Made by a program: the position numbers and the translations under genes
Shown here: positions 38,509 to 49,819 of the stretch, piece by piece
How the letters are laid out: every line of letters begins with the position of its first letter
Position numbering within the stretch: the stretch's first letter is position 1
The notes under the pieces: model-generated
Told to the model about the DNA's origin: nothing
What the model saw: the letters and a program-made list of their open reading frames with translations, nothing else
Databases searched by the model: none
Source: a virus
Length of the DNA: 64,000 nucleotides
Strand: one strand, 5' to 3'
Virus record (IMG/VR): IMGVR_UViG_3300024999_000048
Span: 57,090 to 121,089 of that record

Positions 38509-39831
38509 ATGGCATACCCAGGACATGCGGATTCCAAAATGATGTTTTATCCTACACAAGAAATAGAAACTCATAGATTATTAGGATTGCTTGGTAGGAT
38601 AGAAATTGACTGGTTAAAGAAAAATGCTCTTAAAGATTATTATACAAAAGAAGGTATTTACCAAGAGTTGGCAATGAAAAGTTTAGATAATCAAGTTCCT
38701 ATAGAAATAATTTATTATGACCACTGGTTAAACACAAATCAATATGACATGATAAAAAAGAATTGTGAGTTCAATATTGGATTTCATAATGAACATCCTG
38801 TGGTCATAGCTGATTTATGGGCTGGTGAGGGAAAGTGGTTAGACTGTTTCTCTTCAATTATAGATAGGAAAAATACAAGCAATAATTTTATTCAAATTGC
38901 TAATGAAATTGTTGAAAATAGATACAAAATCATTTCTGAGAATCCAAATATCTATGATTCATATAATGAAGCATTTGAGACATTAAAACAAATTCCAAAA
39001 CAATCAATTTCATTATTGCTTTTTAATCCTCCATATGGAATGGTAAATAAAATTCGCTCAATTCGTTTCTATCTTCAAAGTGTTATTGATAAAAAATTAC
39101 TCTATAACCCAACAACATTAAAAGACTACAAATCAGGTTATATAGCATTTGTAATCAGAAAAGATGATTTTCTTGATTCATTAGACATACTATCTCAAAA
39201 CTTCGACATTCTTAAAAACTCAATCTATAAAACAAATCTAGAAGAATACGCTAAATTCAAACAATATATCTTCGTAGCTCACCTTAAACGCCATCCATAT
39301 GACTTATCAAATACTATGCAAGCAATGGATTTTACTAAACAATATAATGAAATCAAAGAAATAATCCTCTCAGAACCAGAATTTAAACTATCCCAATATA
39401 ATATTTATCAATCAATGAATTATCCCTACATCGACTATGATACTGCAAAAGAAAATAATAAATATACTGAATCTCCTGAAACTCATATTAGCAAAAATGA
39501 TTCTATATGGAAATGGGTCAAGGGAATTACTGAGTTAAAAGATTTAGGTGAGGAAAAGTTAGTAGTTCCTAAACCATTAAAATTAGGTGAAATTAGTAAT
39601 CTCCTAGCATCAGGAATGATTAATGGTGAAATATCATTAGAAGATGGTACTGGTAGACATGTTGCTATTGGAGGAACTAAGTCAATTGAAAAGAAAGAAA
39701 TAAGTAAATATAAGGATGATAATGGCGAGAGTATTACAGAAACAAAGATTATTAAAATGAGTCTACCATATTTAAATATTTTATGTTCAGATAATGGAAA
39801 ACTTATTATTAAAGAATTTGGAGGTGAGTAA
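38509..39831 (+). CDS. SAM-dependent adenine methyltransferase-like protein (DUF6094-like)
   Basis: FYPT, DLWAGEG, LLLFNPPY, KFKQY. Confidence 0.7.
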   Translation: MAYPGHADSKMMFYPTQEIETHRLLGLLGRIEIDWLKKNALKDYYTKEGIYQELAMKSLDNQVPIEIIYYDHWLNTNQYDMIKKNCEFNIGFHNEHPVVIADLWAGEGKWLDCFSSIIDRKNTSNNFIQIANEIVENRYKIISENPNIYDSYNEAFETLKQIPKQSISLLLFNPPYGMVNKIRSIRFYLQSVIDKKLLYNPTTLKDYKSGYIAFVIRKDDFLDSLDILSQNFDILKNSIYKTNLEEYAKFKQYIFVAHLKRHPYDLSNTMQAMDFTKQYNEIKEIILSEPEFKLSQYNIYQSMNYPYIDYDTAKENNKYTESPETHISKNDSIWKWVKGITELKDLGEEKLVVPKPLKLGEISNLLASGMINGEISLEDGTGRHVAIGGTKSIEKKEISKYKDDNGESITETKIIKMSLPYLNILCSDNGKLIIKEFGGE

Positions 39832-39836
39832 TTAAT

Positions 39837-42407
39837 TTGATACCATACTTGAGAACAACTGATAAAAATACTATAAACTGTAATGCTGATTTAATTATAT
39901 TAGACAGTAACGAATCAATATTAATTTCTCTATGTGATTTACATATTAAAAACAGGAAAATATGTTCTGATATTATCTCTCATTCTTATCACATTTCTTT
40001 GCGAGATAGAGAAGATATTTTCTTTGAGCAAACTTTATATGGTAGAGAAAATCATTATCGTTATAAGTCAGATAGAATGGAAAATGATTTGACTCATACA
40101 ATAATCTATAATACTAAAATAAATGATTATTGTATTAATTGGAACAATGAAGATAAGAATGAGATTCTTACAAAATATTTGAGGAATATTCATTATTTAC
40201 CTGTAACAAGTGAAATTGTTAAAATAATCTTAGATAAAGAAGAAATAGAACAAGCTAAATATAAAAGTAGTTATAGTAATTATGGTTGCATTAGTGAATG
40301 CACTGTTTATACCAATAATCCAATGTATACTGATTTGAAAGTTTATAAGATTAATGTAACTTATTTTAAACAAAGTTTAAATGCTTTAACTTTAATTGGA
40401 TATGAGGAAGATTTTGATTGGAGTAAAATTGAAGATATAGAAGATTATATATTTGCTTTTTTACAACCAATTAAAGAAAGATTGAAGCAGAATGTAAGAG
40501 TTTTGTTTGATCCTAATAAGATTAATCAGAAAATGTTTGAAGGTAAGATAGTTCCATCAAGTGGTCAGATTCCAGTTATTCAAGGTGGTTTAGAATTACT
40601 AAAAATAGATAGGACTGTGTATTTTGCATCAGAAGCAGGTTTTGGCAAAACTTCCATATCATCTAAAACTAATCATTGTCATTTATATCCTAATAAAAAT
40701 AATTATGTAACATTAATTGTTGCTCCTGCAATTACGCTGACTCAATGGAAAGATGAAATAAAATTCAGTATTGCTGATAAAGTAGATATTCATATTATTA
40801 AGAAGACATCTGAATTTATTAATATATATAATAAAAATCAGTTAAATTTCGATAAACCTACATATTTTCTAGTTGGAAAAGAAACATTTAAACTTGACGC
40901 AAAAAGAGTCTCTGGCGTAAATATTAAAACAATGGAAATAAAGCATAAAAAAGAGGTTCAAAGTGGTGGTTATTATAGTTACTCAACAATTAAAGAAGTT
41001 AAAGAGAAAATTACTATAGCATGTTGCCCTGACTGTGGTAAACCACTTCAGAACGAATTAAGAAAAAAGGAAGATGTATTCTTTACAGAGAAAGATTTTG
41101 AAGGTAGTCCTAAAAAGTCAACTTATAAATGTTCAAATTGTAATGCTGTATTATGGCAATCAGTTTATGACAAAACAAAGAAAACAAGTTTAATTCGATT
41201 TATTAAAACAAAAAACATTCATTTTGATAGCATAATCTGCGATGAAATCCACGAGCAAAATAATGGAGAATCAATTATTGGCAACGCAACTAGAACATTA
41301 TTTAATTATGCAAAAAAGATAATTTTGCTCTCTGGTACAAGCAATAATGGGTATGCTTCGTCAATGCACAATCTATTATTAGGAATAATGCCAAACAAAC
41401 TCAAGGCCAATGATGTTATGGATATGCAAGCATTTATAAAGACGTATGGAACATTAATGGCTGTTAGTAAAAGAAAAGATGGAGAATACCATCGTTCAGG
41501 AAGAAGTGAGATTAAAGATAGCGAGTTTAAAGAGATTGAGGGAATCAATCCAATTATTTTTAGTAAATATTTAGTTCAAAATTATATCTTTTCTACTTTG
41601 TCAGATTTGGGTAAAGCTTTACCTGATTTAAATGAAATATATGTTCCTATTAATCAAAGTGAAGAAATGGAGCGAAACGAATATTATTTATGGAGTGAAA
41701 TTAAATCAGCAAATGCTTTTAATGCAAAGATGTATGAGAGTTCTATTATAAAGCATTATATTAACAATCCATTTAAATGGGATAATATTGAAATTAATAA
41801 AGGAGAGGCTTATATTTCTGTTCAACCAAGATGTATTACAGAATGTATTTTACCCAAAGAACAAAAATTACTAGATATAGTTTTAAAAGAAATATCAGAA
41901 GGTAGAAAGTGTTGTATTTATATTGATTTTAATAATGGTGGTAAATATATGCAAGATGATACAATTTCTAAAAGAATTGAAACATTATTGAAATCTAATA
42001 ATATTAAATGTTTTACATTAAAATCTTCCGTTACCACTCATAATAGAAAAGAGTTATTAGACAAAAAGAAAGATGATTTCCAAGTATTAATAACCAATTC
42101 AATGCTTGTAAAAGTTGGTTTGAATTTAACGTATATTCCTAGTTATATTAACTATATGCCTAGTTATATGGTTAATGACGTAAGTCAAAGCAATAGACGT
42201 GGATATAGGCATAATAGCATATTAGAAAATAGAATTTATCATCTGTATTATGAGAATTCATGCGAAAATGGAATTGTCAAAAGGTATCAACGTAAGAATG
42301 CAGAAGCTAAAGCCATTGAGGGTAAATTTAATGTGTGTTTAGAGAATGATGATACTATCCGAACTGCTAGTAAACTCGGTAAGAAGATTAGTGAAGGAGT
42401 TGTATAA
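39837..42407 (+). CDS. SF2/SNF2-like helicase with Zn-ribbon insert
   Basis: SEAGFGKT, CPDC/CSNC, ICDEIH, LSGT, VGLNL, QSNRRGYR. Confidence 0.8.
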   Translation: MIPYLRTTDKNTINCNADLIILDSNESILISLCDLHIKNRKICSDIISHSYHISLRDREDIFFEQTLYGRENHYRYKSDRMENDLTHTIIYNTKINDYCINWNNEDKNEILTKYLRNIHYLPVTSEIVKIILDKEEIEQAKYKSSYSNYGCISECTVYTNNPMYTDLKVYKINVTYFKQSLNALTLIGYEEDFDWSKIEDIEDYIFAFLQPIKERLKQNVRVLFDPNKINQKMFEGKIVPSSGQIPVIQGGLELLKIDRTVYFASEAGFGKTSISSKTNHCHLYPNKNNYVTLIVAPAITLTQWKDEIKFSIADKVDIHIIKKTSEFINIYNKNQLNFDKPTYFLVGKETFKLDAKRVSGVNIKTMEIKHKKEVQSGGYYSYSTIKEVKEKITIACCPDCGKPLQNELRKKEDVFFTEKDFEGSPKKSTYKCSNCNAVLWQSVYDKTKKTSLIRFIKTKNIHFDSIICDEIHEQNNGESIIGNATRTLFNYAKKIILLSGTSNNGYASSMHNLLLGIMPNKLKANDVMDMQAFIKTYGTLMAVSKRKDGEYHRSGRSEIKDSEFKEIEGINPIIFSKYLVQNYIFSTLSDLGKALPDLNEIYVPINQSEEMERNEYYLWSEIKSANAFNAKMYESSIIKHYINNPFKWDNIEINKGEAYISVQPRCITECILPKEQKLLDIVLKEISEGRKCCIYIDFNNGGKYMQDDTISKRIETLLKSNNIKCFTLKSSVTTHNRKELLDKKKDDFQVLITNSMLVKVGLNLTYIPSYINYMPSYMVNDVSQSNRRGYRHNSILENRIYHLYYENSCENGIVKRYQRKNAEAKAIEGKFNVCLENDDTIRTASKLGKKISEGVV

Positions 42408-42423
42408 ATGGTAAAATAATTAT

Positions 42424-42452
42424 TTGACTTTATAGTATACGCATGTTATAAT
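42424..42452 (+). promoter_or_regulatory. SigA promoter
   Basis: TTGACT, 17 nt, TG-n-TATAAT. Confidence 0.7.
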
Positions 42453-42654
42453 GAATACATAAAAGAAAGGAGATAAAAATACATAAATGCAACAAAAAGT
42501 TAAAGCAAAAATCAAAGGTACATTTTGGGGAACTGCTACAGTGATATTAGACCATGATGGAACAATTATTGAAGTAGAAGAAGTGGAAGACCTTGATGAT
42601 TTCGATGATTGTGAAGTTAGAGAAATTCTTTATAGGATTGGAGGATAAATACAT

Positions 42655-43113
42655 ATGAAATATCGAGAAGGAGATAAGGTAGAAATCATTGATCAATTTT
42701 CAGAGTTTTACAAAAAGAAAGGTTATGTAATGATAAAGCGAGAAATCAATGACAAAATATGGATTGCTTTTCCACCTGCCAAATCAACTGGAAATGGTTT
42801 TGAGTTAGATCAAATTAAATTTATAAAGAGTTCAATTAAGGGTAAAGAAGTTGAGCCTTGTGGATGTTGTTTGTCAAGCACTGGTTATATATCGGCTAAT
42901 GTATTGCTTGAAGAATGTCCAATAAAGAGAAAATTAGGACAACATGAAGATTCTATTGATATGAATTTCAAAGATAAAGTTATGGTATGTACTTGTATAA
43001 ATTCTAATTACTCTTGGGGTGTACCAACTTGTGAATATTATAAAGGACTTAGGGAAGTAATTCGTGGTGGAAGAAAAGTATGGAGAGTATTTTGTGATGC
43101 CGTAGAAGTTTGA
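42655..43113 (+). CDS. Hypothetical protein
   Basis: GGAGG RBS; KOW-like start, Cys-rich C-terminus. Confidence 0.6.
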   Translation: MKYREGDKVEIIDQFSEFYKKKGYVMIKREINDKIWIAFPPAKSTGNGFELDQIKFIKSSIKGKEVEPCGCCLSSTGYISANVLLEECPIKRKLGQHEDSIDMNFKDKVMVCTCINSNYSWGVPTCEYYKGLREVIRGGRKVWRVFCDAVEV

Positions 43114-43143
43114 TTATATAAATTTGAGGAGAGTGTTTAATTA

Positions 43144-43440
43144 ATGAAAAAGAAAATTACACTTAAATATAAAACACCATTAGAGTTTGTTGCTACATAC
43201 ACAAGAGAGGAATTTTTTAGAGGAGAATATGATAGTGAAAGAAAATGGTTAGAAACGGATGCAGGAATGCCTATATTAGATATTATTGCAAAAATTACAA
43301 CGGGTAATTATGATCAACTTATTGTGAAAACTTTTGATAAATTTGCTCCAAAAGTAGGATTTTTGTATTGTAGAGAGCATGATATCTTTCACGAGTATGA
43401 AAAATGTCCATTCTGTCAATTAAATATAAGAATTAATTAA
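43144..43440 (+). CDS. Hypothetical protein
   Basis: GAGGAG RBS. Confidence 0.55.
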   Translation: MKKKITLKYKTPLEFVATYTREEFFRGEYDSERKWLETDAGMPILDIIAKITTGNYDQLIVKTFDKFAPKVGFLYCREHDIFHEYEKCPFCQLNIRIN

Positions 43441-43468
43441 TAAAATAAATATTAGGAGGAATACATAA

Positions 43469-43731
43469 ATGGAAGAAAGAAAATTATATAAATTTAATGA
43501 TGGTGATTATGAGCATTGGATTTTAGCAAACAATCTTGTTCAAGCAATTGATTACTTTATGATTATTGTGGAGAAGATGAATCACAATTTGAATATGGAT
43601 TTACTATTAATTTAGTTGATAGTGAAACATTGGACATTGAATTCGAAGATGAAGGAGAAAAGACTTCTTGGAGAAAGATTATGAATGAATGTGAAGTTAT
43701 ACCAATCTGTATTGGAACAAATGTAGATTAG
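43469..43731 (+). pseudogene. Frameshifted hypothetical gene
   Basis: MEERKLYKF... strong RBS; coding-like sequence switches frame near 43560 (DYCGEDESQFEYG...GTNVD*). Confidence 0.45.
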
Positions 43732-43749
43732 GAAGGAGGTTGGATCACA

Positions 43750-43956
43750 ATGAAAGGTTATTCAATAAATGACAATGTAGTTAAGGAACTTGCTAAAGAA
43801 TATAAGATGCCATTAGAGGATGCACAGAGATATATGAATGATACCTTAAAATATAATGAAGTGAGTTTAATAACTTGTGTAAATTGCAACATAATCAATT
43901 GCGAAGAATGTTGTGATAAATGGCATATAAATTATAAGAACTTGGTTCTAGAATAA
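43750..43956 (+). CDS. Hypothetical protein
   Basis: AAGGAGG RBS. Confidence 0.55.
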   Translation: MKGYSINDNVVKELAKEYKMPLEDAQRYMNDTLKYNEVSLITCVNCNIINCEECCDKWHINYKNLVLE

Positions 43957-44002
43957 AAAGTCGAGTTTAAAGGAAATAAAATAAAGAGGAGAAAATTAAT
44001 AA

Positions 44003-44728
44003 ATGGATTACGATGAATTTGAGAATTATTATGAACAAAGCGAAGTAGATCAATTAGTTGAAGAATTTAAGGATAAGATTAGAGAGCATTTATTACCTAA
44101 TATTCGTGAAGAAATTGAACGTCTCAATAAATTAAATTTTGAACTCAAGCAGAAGAATGAGAAATACAAGAAAAGAGAGTCAGAAATAAACGCAAAAGAA
44201 AGAGACTTAAAATATAAAGAAGAAAATCTTAAAAGGGAAGTTGAAAAAGAATTTTATGAAAGCAACATAGGAGATACTTTAAAAGATTACATTGAAAAAT
44301 CAGAGGTATATTTCGCTGATAGCAAAGGGTTACGTCAAGATAAGTGTTCTCTATGTAATGGTAAACGTAAATTAGTTGCCAATTTTCCAAATGGTAAAAC
44401 AACAGAAACAAACTGTGATTGTAGCAATTTAATACATAAATTTGTACCAGAGGCATCAGAACTATCTCTAATTAAATTCAATAAAAGAGATAGTCGATAT
44501 CAATCAGAAAGAAAATTTTATATATCAAAAACTTATATCCCATCAAAAGATTCTAGTTATAGAGATGATTATAGTTATAATGAATTTAAACTTTGTCAGA
44601 TAGTAAATGAATTTAATGAAGATAGTAAGGGGTTACATGAAACTAAAGAATATGGTACGAAAATCGGATTTAAAACCAAAGAAGAATGTCAAAAGTATTG
44701 CGATTGGTTAAATACTACAAAAAATTAG
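44003..44728 (+). CDS. Coiled-coil/Zn-finger phage protein
   Basis: Coiled coil, CSLC..CDC, FKTKEECQKYCDWLN. Confidence 0.65.
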   Translation: MDYDEFENYYEQSEVDQLVEEFKDKIREHLLPNIREEIERLNKLNFELKQKNEKYKKRESEINAKERDLKYKEENLKREVEKEFYESNIGDTLKDYIEKSEVYFADSKGLRQDKCSLCNGKRKLVANFPNGKTTETNCDCSNLIHKFVPEASELSLIKFNKRDSRYQSERKFYISKTYIPSKDSSYRDDYSYNEFKLCQIVNEFNEDSKGLHETKEYGTKIGFKTKEECQKYCDWLNTTKN

Positions 44729-44769
44729 TTCTATCGTATGATGAAAGGATGAAAGGATGAAAAATAATA

Positions 44770-45042
44770 ATGAACTACACAGGTAAAAGGGTAAAAATAA
44801 TCAATTTAGATGGATGGAAAGATACTAACTACCAAGAACTTGAAAGTTATTTAGGAAAAATCGGAACAGTTAAACATGATTGTAATCCTGGTGGAACTGG
44901 TTATAGATTAGAACTAACTTATGATGATGGTTTTATGGCAGAAATTGATAAACGTAATGGAAGATTATGTTTTAGGGAAGAAAATATTGAAGTATTGGAT
45001 GATACATATAATTACGAAAAACAATCTAAACCACACCACTAG
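44770..45042 (+). CDS. Hypothetical protein
   Basis: ORF with RBS. Confidence 0.55.
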   Translation: MNYTGKRVKIINLDGWKDTNYQELESYLGKIGTVKHDCNPGGTGYRLELTYDDGFMAEIDKRNGRLCFREENIEVLDDTYNYEKQSKPHH

Positions 45043-45203
45043 GTGTTATGCCAAAGCAGATATTTGAATGACATAGAGTTATAGAATTATGTAGAGCATT
45101 GCATGAATATAGTTTATATGAAGATGTTGATCAGAATCTTATGATTAAATGGTCTGATGAGTTAAATGATAGACTATATGGATTGAAAGGAGATGTTGAA
45201 TAA

Positions 45204-45521
45204 ATGGAAATAAAGCAGAGTATTTTTGACCAAGGAGTAAATATTAATGGGAGATTATGTGCATTTAAAATTGAAACATATGAAACTAGACACAAATTAG
45301 ATGGAGTATATGGTGTTTCTGGAGCAGAAAGAAGTAAAGAAGATGAATACATAAAAACAAACACATCTAGAATCTTAGGATATTTTAATGAGGACACAGG
45401 AGTTATTAAAACTATTGGTGTGTATGGATCTGAATACAATATAAAAAATTCTGATAGGTTAAAAGTATTAAATGTTAAAATAATTGATCAGGGAAAGTTA
45501 TTGCAAGATATAGTATTTTAG
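45204..45521 (+). CDS. Hypothetical protein
   Basis: AAAGGAG RBS. Confidence 0.55.
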   Translation: MEIKQSIFDQGVNINGRLCAFKIETYETRHKLDGVYGVSGAERSKEDEYIKTNTSRILGYFNEDTGVIKTIGVYGSEYNIKNSDRLKVLNVKIIDQGKLLQDIVF

Positions 45522-45586
45522 TCTATCTGGAAAATTCCATTTTAAAGTGTAATAAAATAAATTTATGAAAGAAAGAGGTTTTATTA

Positions 45587-46186
45587 ATGAAAAAGAAATT
45601 AATCGGAAGTATTATTGGATTAACAGCTATATCTACAATTCTAACAGGATGTAATCAAACAGATGCTCAAAAAGTAATGGCACAACAAAATGCAAATAAA
45701 CAAACCCAAGCAGCTAGTATGATGACTCAAACTCCTACTCCTAATTTTAATCGTAGTTTAGAAAGAGAAAATATTATCAATAGACTTAAAAATACCAATG
45801 ATCCAAATCAATTAACATGGATTTATCCAATGAGTGCAGGGAGAGTAATTGGGAGATTCCCAGTTAGAGGGAAAATTACTTCTGGAGGTAAAAGATTAAC
45901 TTCTACACAACAATGGATTCCTAGTCAAGTTGGTGAAGGTTATGCTTTAGGTGAAGCACCAGATGAAATGGGTGCATATGGTTCTAGTGGCGATTATGTT
46001 TTTTGGTTTGATCCTGCTGGTAGAGGCCCATTTCAACATAGAGGTGATTATTTTGTAACTCCTGTACCTTATAAAATTGATTTAGGATATGGAACAATTA
46101 CTTATGAAGTTGATTCAACTGAAGAATCAAAAAGAAGTAATTATGAAGAACAAATTAAAAAGAATCAAATAAATGGAGGTAAATAA
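45587..46186 (+). CDS. Lipoprotein
   Basis: Lipobox LTGC; SLERENI, GKITS, PDEMGAYGSS. Confidence 0.7.
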   Translation: MKKKLIGSIIGLTAISTILTGCNQTDAQKVMAQQNANKQTQAASMMTQTPTPNFNRSLERENIINRLKNTNDPNQLTWIYPMSAGRVIGRFPVRGKITSGGKRLTSTQQWIPSQVGEGYALGEAPDEMGAYGSSGDYVFWFDPAGRGPFQHRGDYFVTPVPYKIDLGYGTITYEVDSTEESKRSNYEEQIKKNQINGGK

Positions 46187-46189
46187 TAA

Positions 46190-46660
46190 ATGAAAAGTTT
46201 AGGTAAAATATGGTTATTAGTTTTAGGAATGTTTGTTGCCATTGGCGTAGTTGGATTCATAGGGAAAGTTGTTTTATTCCCTGTTCATGTATTAGATAAA
46301 ACTGCTGAAACTGGTTATGGAATTGTGGATAAAACTTTGAACGCCGATAATGTATTATTTAACTATGAACAATTTCATGATCTTTATCAAGGTTCAAAAC
46401 AACAAGCAGTTAATATTTCTAATAGTAAAACTCAAATTAATAATTTAAAAGAAACCTATGGCGAAGATGCTAGTAAGTATCCAAAAGATGTACGAAGCGA
46501 TTTATCTTTTCAACAACAAAATTTAGAAGGATATTTATTGCAATATCAAAAAATTGTATCTGAGTTTAATTCAAACAGTAAAAAGTTAAATAGAGAATTG
46601 TTTAAAGCAAAAGAATTGCCTTATCAGTTACCACTTGATTATAAAGAGTTAGGTATTTAA
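46190..46660 (+). CDS. Membrane-anchored coiled-coil protein
   Basis: N-terminal TM; NYEQFHD. Confidence 0.65.
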   Translation: MKSLGKIWLLVLGMFVAIGVVGFIGKVVLFPVHVLDKTAETGYGIVDKTLNADNVLFNYEQFHDLYQGSKQQAVNISNSKTQINNLKETYGEDASKYPKDVRSDLSFQQQNLEGYLLQYQKIVSEFNSNSKKLNRELFKAKELPYQLPLDYKELGI

Positions 46661-46672
46661 AGTATGGTGTCA

Positions 46673-46729
46673 AGTTTTAGGAAGTTGCAATTTTATAAAA
46701 AGGTTTCAAAGTTGTAGCTTCCTAAAATT
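46673..46729. terminator. Long hairpin
   Basis: AGTTTTAGGAAGTTGCAATTTT...AAAGTTGTAGCTTCCTAAAATT. Confidence 0.55.
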
Positions 46730-46774
46730 AAATATTTAATCAAAAAATAATATGAAAAGGTGGTTTGAAAAATA

Positions 46775-46996
46775 ATGAAATATCAATATGCCCAAGTTTA
46801 TCAAGTCGGAGATGAAATATATATTTATGATGGAATAAAAGAATCAGAGGTAGAAAATGCCAATAACTATATTAAAGCACTTAATATTTTAGGTAGTGCT
46901 GGATGGAAAGTTGTCAATGCCGTAAATGAATTTCATCCTGCTGGTTTTAGTGGTTATAGTTCTATGGGTAAAACTATCGTAGAAAGACAATTATAA
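46775..46996 (+). CDS. DUF4177-like small protein
   Basis: ALNILGSAGWKVV. Confidence 0.5.
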   Translation: MKYQYAQVYQVGDEIYIYDGIKESEVENANNYIKALNILGSAGWKVVNAVNEFHPAGFSGYSSMGKTIVERQL

Positions 46997-47098
46997 AATA
47001 AGGGAGTGATAATAAATATGGAAATATTAAATCTACACGATCACGTATATGATACTTACACAAATAAAGTAAAAGGTAATAAACTACTATCATATTAG

Positions 47099-47335
47099 AT
47101 GGTTCAGCAAAAACTTACCAGAAACTATCACCTATCAAAGAAAGTAAAATTAGGCTCACAGGAATTATGCCTTTACGGATGTCTTACTTTCCTAGTAGGA
47201 GAAAATTGTGTCTTATGGTTAAAGAATTACATAGGAACTGATACCTCATGGTTTGAGAAAGACATGAAGAAATATGAGAAACTTAATGAGCAATTAGGAA
47301 TCGACAATAATTCAAAAGAATTAAAGTTTGACTAA
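47099..47335 (+). CDS. Hypothetical protein
   Basis: ORF track; true start may lie upstream. Confidence 0.4.
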   Translation: MVQQKLTRNYHLSKKVKLGSQELCLYGCLTFLVGENCVLWLKNYIGTDTSWFEKDMKKYEKLNEQLGIDNNSKELKFD

Positions 47336-47375
47336 ATGTAAAAATAAATATATAATAAAGAGAGGAAGTAAATAA

Positions 47376-47909
47376 TTGAACAATATGAATAAAATGATGA
47401 TGCTTAAAGCAAATAGCCCTGCTATACATAAATTAGGTGATATTGGTCGCAATATTGATGACAAAATTAGGATTCATTCAGAAGATGATACACATTACAT
47501 AGGAAGTTTCGAAGAAGGTTTTGGATTTATTAATGTAAAATTTAACAAAGCAGATTGTAGGCCATTGACTCAAATGGAAAGAGAAAATATTAATGGTAAT
47601 TGGTATACAATTAATAGCAATCCTTTGTATAGAATCTATATTGACGAAGAAGGAAATGTGGTAAATGGTAAAGTTTTAACTGTAAAAGGTGTTATCATTA
47701 AAGTTACTGATTCATTAGGCAATGATAAACATAGTGATTTTGTTAATTTGTCAGTTGAGTTTGGAAAAGATATTTTAATTGGTAGAAGTTTGGTAATGTT
47801 AGTTGGTAAAGGTGCTATTACAACTTCAAGAGTGACTAATGTTGATATTAGTGAGAAGCAATATATAATTTATACAAGAAATAGTATTTATTATATAGAG
47901 GTAAAATAA
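47376..47909 (+). CDS. Hypothetical protein
   Basis: TTSRV...TRNSIYY C-terminus. Confidence 0.6.
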   Translation: MNNMNKMMMLKANSPAIHKLGDIGRNIDDKIRIHSEDDTHYIGSFEEGFGFINVKFNKADCRPLTQMERENINGNWYTINSNPLYRIYIDEEGNVVNGKVLTVKGVIIKVTDSLGNDKHSDFVNLSVEFGKDILIGRSLVMLVGKGAITTSRVTNVDISEKQYIIYTRNSIYYIEVK

Positions 47910-48823
47910 TGGCTGAAAAGATTGTGGCATATCTCAAACAAGAAGCAGATAAAGAAGTTGCAAGAAAAACTAAAGATATTAATTCTTATTTTAGTAAATG
48001 TTATTATAAGCACAATTTAAGGCGTAGGTAATAATACATAAAGTGCTATTTTAAAGGATGTGTAAAAACATGACATTATACTGGGTTGCGTGGTTTACAG
48101 GTGGTACTATAGGATTATTAGGAGGAATATATTGCTTATATTATGCAATTAAATACCTATAGATTTAAGAATTTAAGTGGAAAGGAGTAGGTAGAATGAC
48201 TAAAAAAGAATTAATAGATTTGCTACAGAATGACAATTCTCCTGATGATACACCTGTAAATATAACTTTAGAATGTACTAATAATGATGAGTGTATTGTT
48301 GGTGAAATTTCATAAAATTGAGATGTACATAATTGATTATAATGATGATTATAGCACACTAGAAGATATAATTAGTGATATGGAATTGGCAACAAATTCA
48401 ATTATAAATTGCTTCGATACTAAAGAAGTTAATATTGAATGGCATGATGATATAGGGTTTTAGAAAGGAGGAATAAATTTGGAATACTGGATTTGGATTA
48501 TAATTGTTGGATTTTGGGCAATGGCAAGTATGGTCAACAAATATCAATGGCGTAGAGCATGGGAAGCATATTATAAAAGACCACTAACTAATGGCGAAGA
48601 TCATAAACCACCAGATTACAAAAAAGAAGAAGTTAAGGTTGAGGAATAAAATGAAAAACAAGATTCATTGTATTTAAGGAGGTGAAAACAAATGTATTTT
48701 GGCATTGGTGTTGGAACTTTTGTAGAATGGATCGCTATAGCTTTGGGAGTTGGTTTTGTACTTGGAAGTGGATTAACACTATATTTAAAAAGAAACAAAA
48801 ATAAATAATCTTACATAAATTAA

Positions 48824-49024
48824 TTGAAAGGAGGTGATATAATTTTGAAAGTATTAGAAATATTTTTACGAAGTGGACACACAATCAATGTTCAATGTAA
48901 AGATTGGTCTTTTGAAACGGACGATGTTACAGGCGAATTCACTGGTTATAATTTTGTTGATTTAGAAAGACCTTCTACATTAGAAATTGTACCTTCACAA
49001 ATTGTTGGTTATATTCAAATATAA
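48824..49024 (+). CDS. Hypothetical protein
   Basis: AAAGGAGGTG RBS lies within the 5' part, so the true start is slightly downstream. Confidence 0.5.
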   Translation: MKGGDIILKVLEIFLRSGHTINVQCKDWSFETDDVTGEFTGYNFVDLERPSTLEIVPSQIVGYIQI

Positions 49025-49075
49025 TTGTATAAATCTTGATTAGTAAAATAAATTTAATATTAAGGAGACAAAATA

Positions 49076-49726
49076 ATGAAACAATTTAAAATATTGTGGA
49101 TTACGCTAATAGTATTTATGTTGGCGTTTGCACCTACTATTACATTAGCAGGGACATCAAGCAGTTCTAAAAGTAGCAGTAATAGTAGTTCAAAATCTAG
49201 TAGTAAACCATCTACTAGCACTTCTACAAAATCAAGCACACCTAGTACATCAACAAGTACAACACCTAAAAGTTCAATTGATTTAAGCAAAAAATCAACA
49301 CCATCTAGTACATCCACTTCAACTCCATCAACCTCAAATAGTGTAAGTAAAAGTGTTCCTTCTACAAGTGGATCAACTAGTGTATCAAATTCAAAAACAG
49401 CAACAAACAATGCTTCAAAATCCTTACCTAGTAATACAACTGTAACAAAGAAAACATTTTTAGGATCTACATATAGCAATGGTAATAGCACATCATTTCA
49501 TTTCGGAGGAACACCTTATTCATATGGCTATCATCCAAGATTTGCTCCAGGTTGGTATTCACCATATTGGTACAATCCATACTATTACACACATCCTGCT
49601 CCTGTAATTGTAACGAATGGTGATTTTGGTTTTAGTTTCTTGATTATGTTAATTATCTTAGGGGCAATTGGTTATGGAGTTTATAGGTTTATTAAGCGAA
49701 AAAATTCTTTAAACAATATTAAATAA
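49076..49726 (+). CDS. Secreted Ser/Thr-rich protein with C-terminal TM anchor
   Basis: Signal peptide, long S/T/K low-complexity tract, aromatic-rich segment, TM plus basic tail. Confidence 0.7.
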   Translation: MKQFKILWITLIVFMLAFAPTITLAGTSSSSKSSSNSSSKSSSKPSTSTSTKSSTPSTSTSTTPKSSIDLSKKSTPSSTSTSTPSTSNSVSKSVPSTSGSTSVSNSKTATNNASKSLPSNTTVTKKTFLGSTYSNGNSTSFHFGGTPYSYGYHPRFAPGWYSPYWYNPYYYTHPAPVIVTNGDFGFSFLIMLIILGAIGYGVYRFIKRKNSLNNIK

Positions 49727-49819
49727 ATATAATTATTTATATTGAAGATGTGATGAAGATTGCTTGTGACGAATTAATCAGTCACAAATATTAAATTAAA
49801 TAATTTTAATAAAAGGAGA

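Noticed and set aside
44741-44762. ATGAAAGG tandem duplication
   Set aside because: A short slippage duplication of an RBS-like sequence; too small to support a function.
49150-49450. Repetitive DNA array
   Set aside because: Explained by the Ser/Thr low-complexity coding of the 49076 protein; no exact DNA repeat unit.
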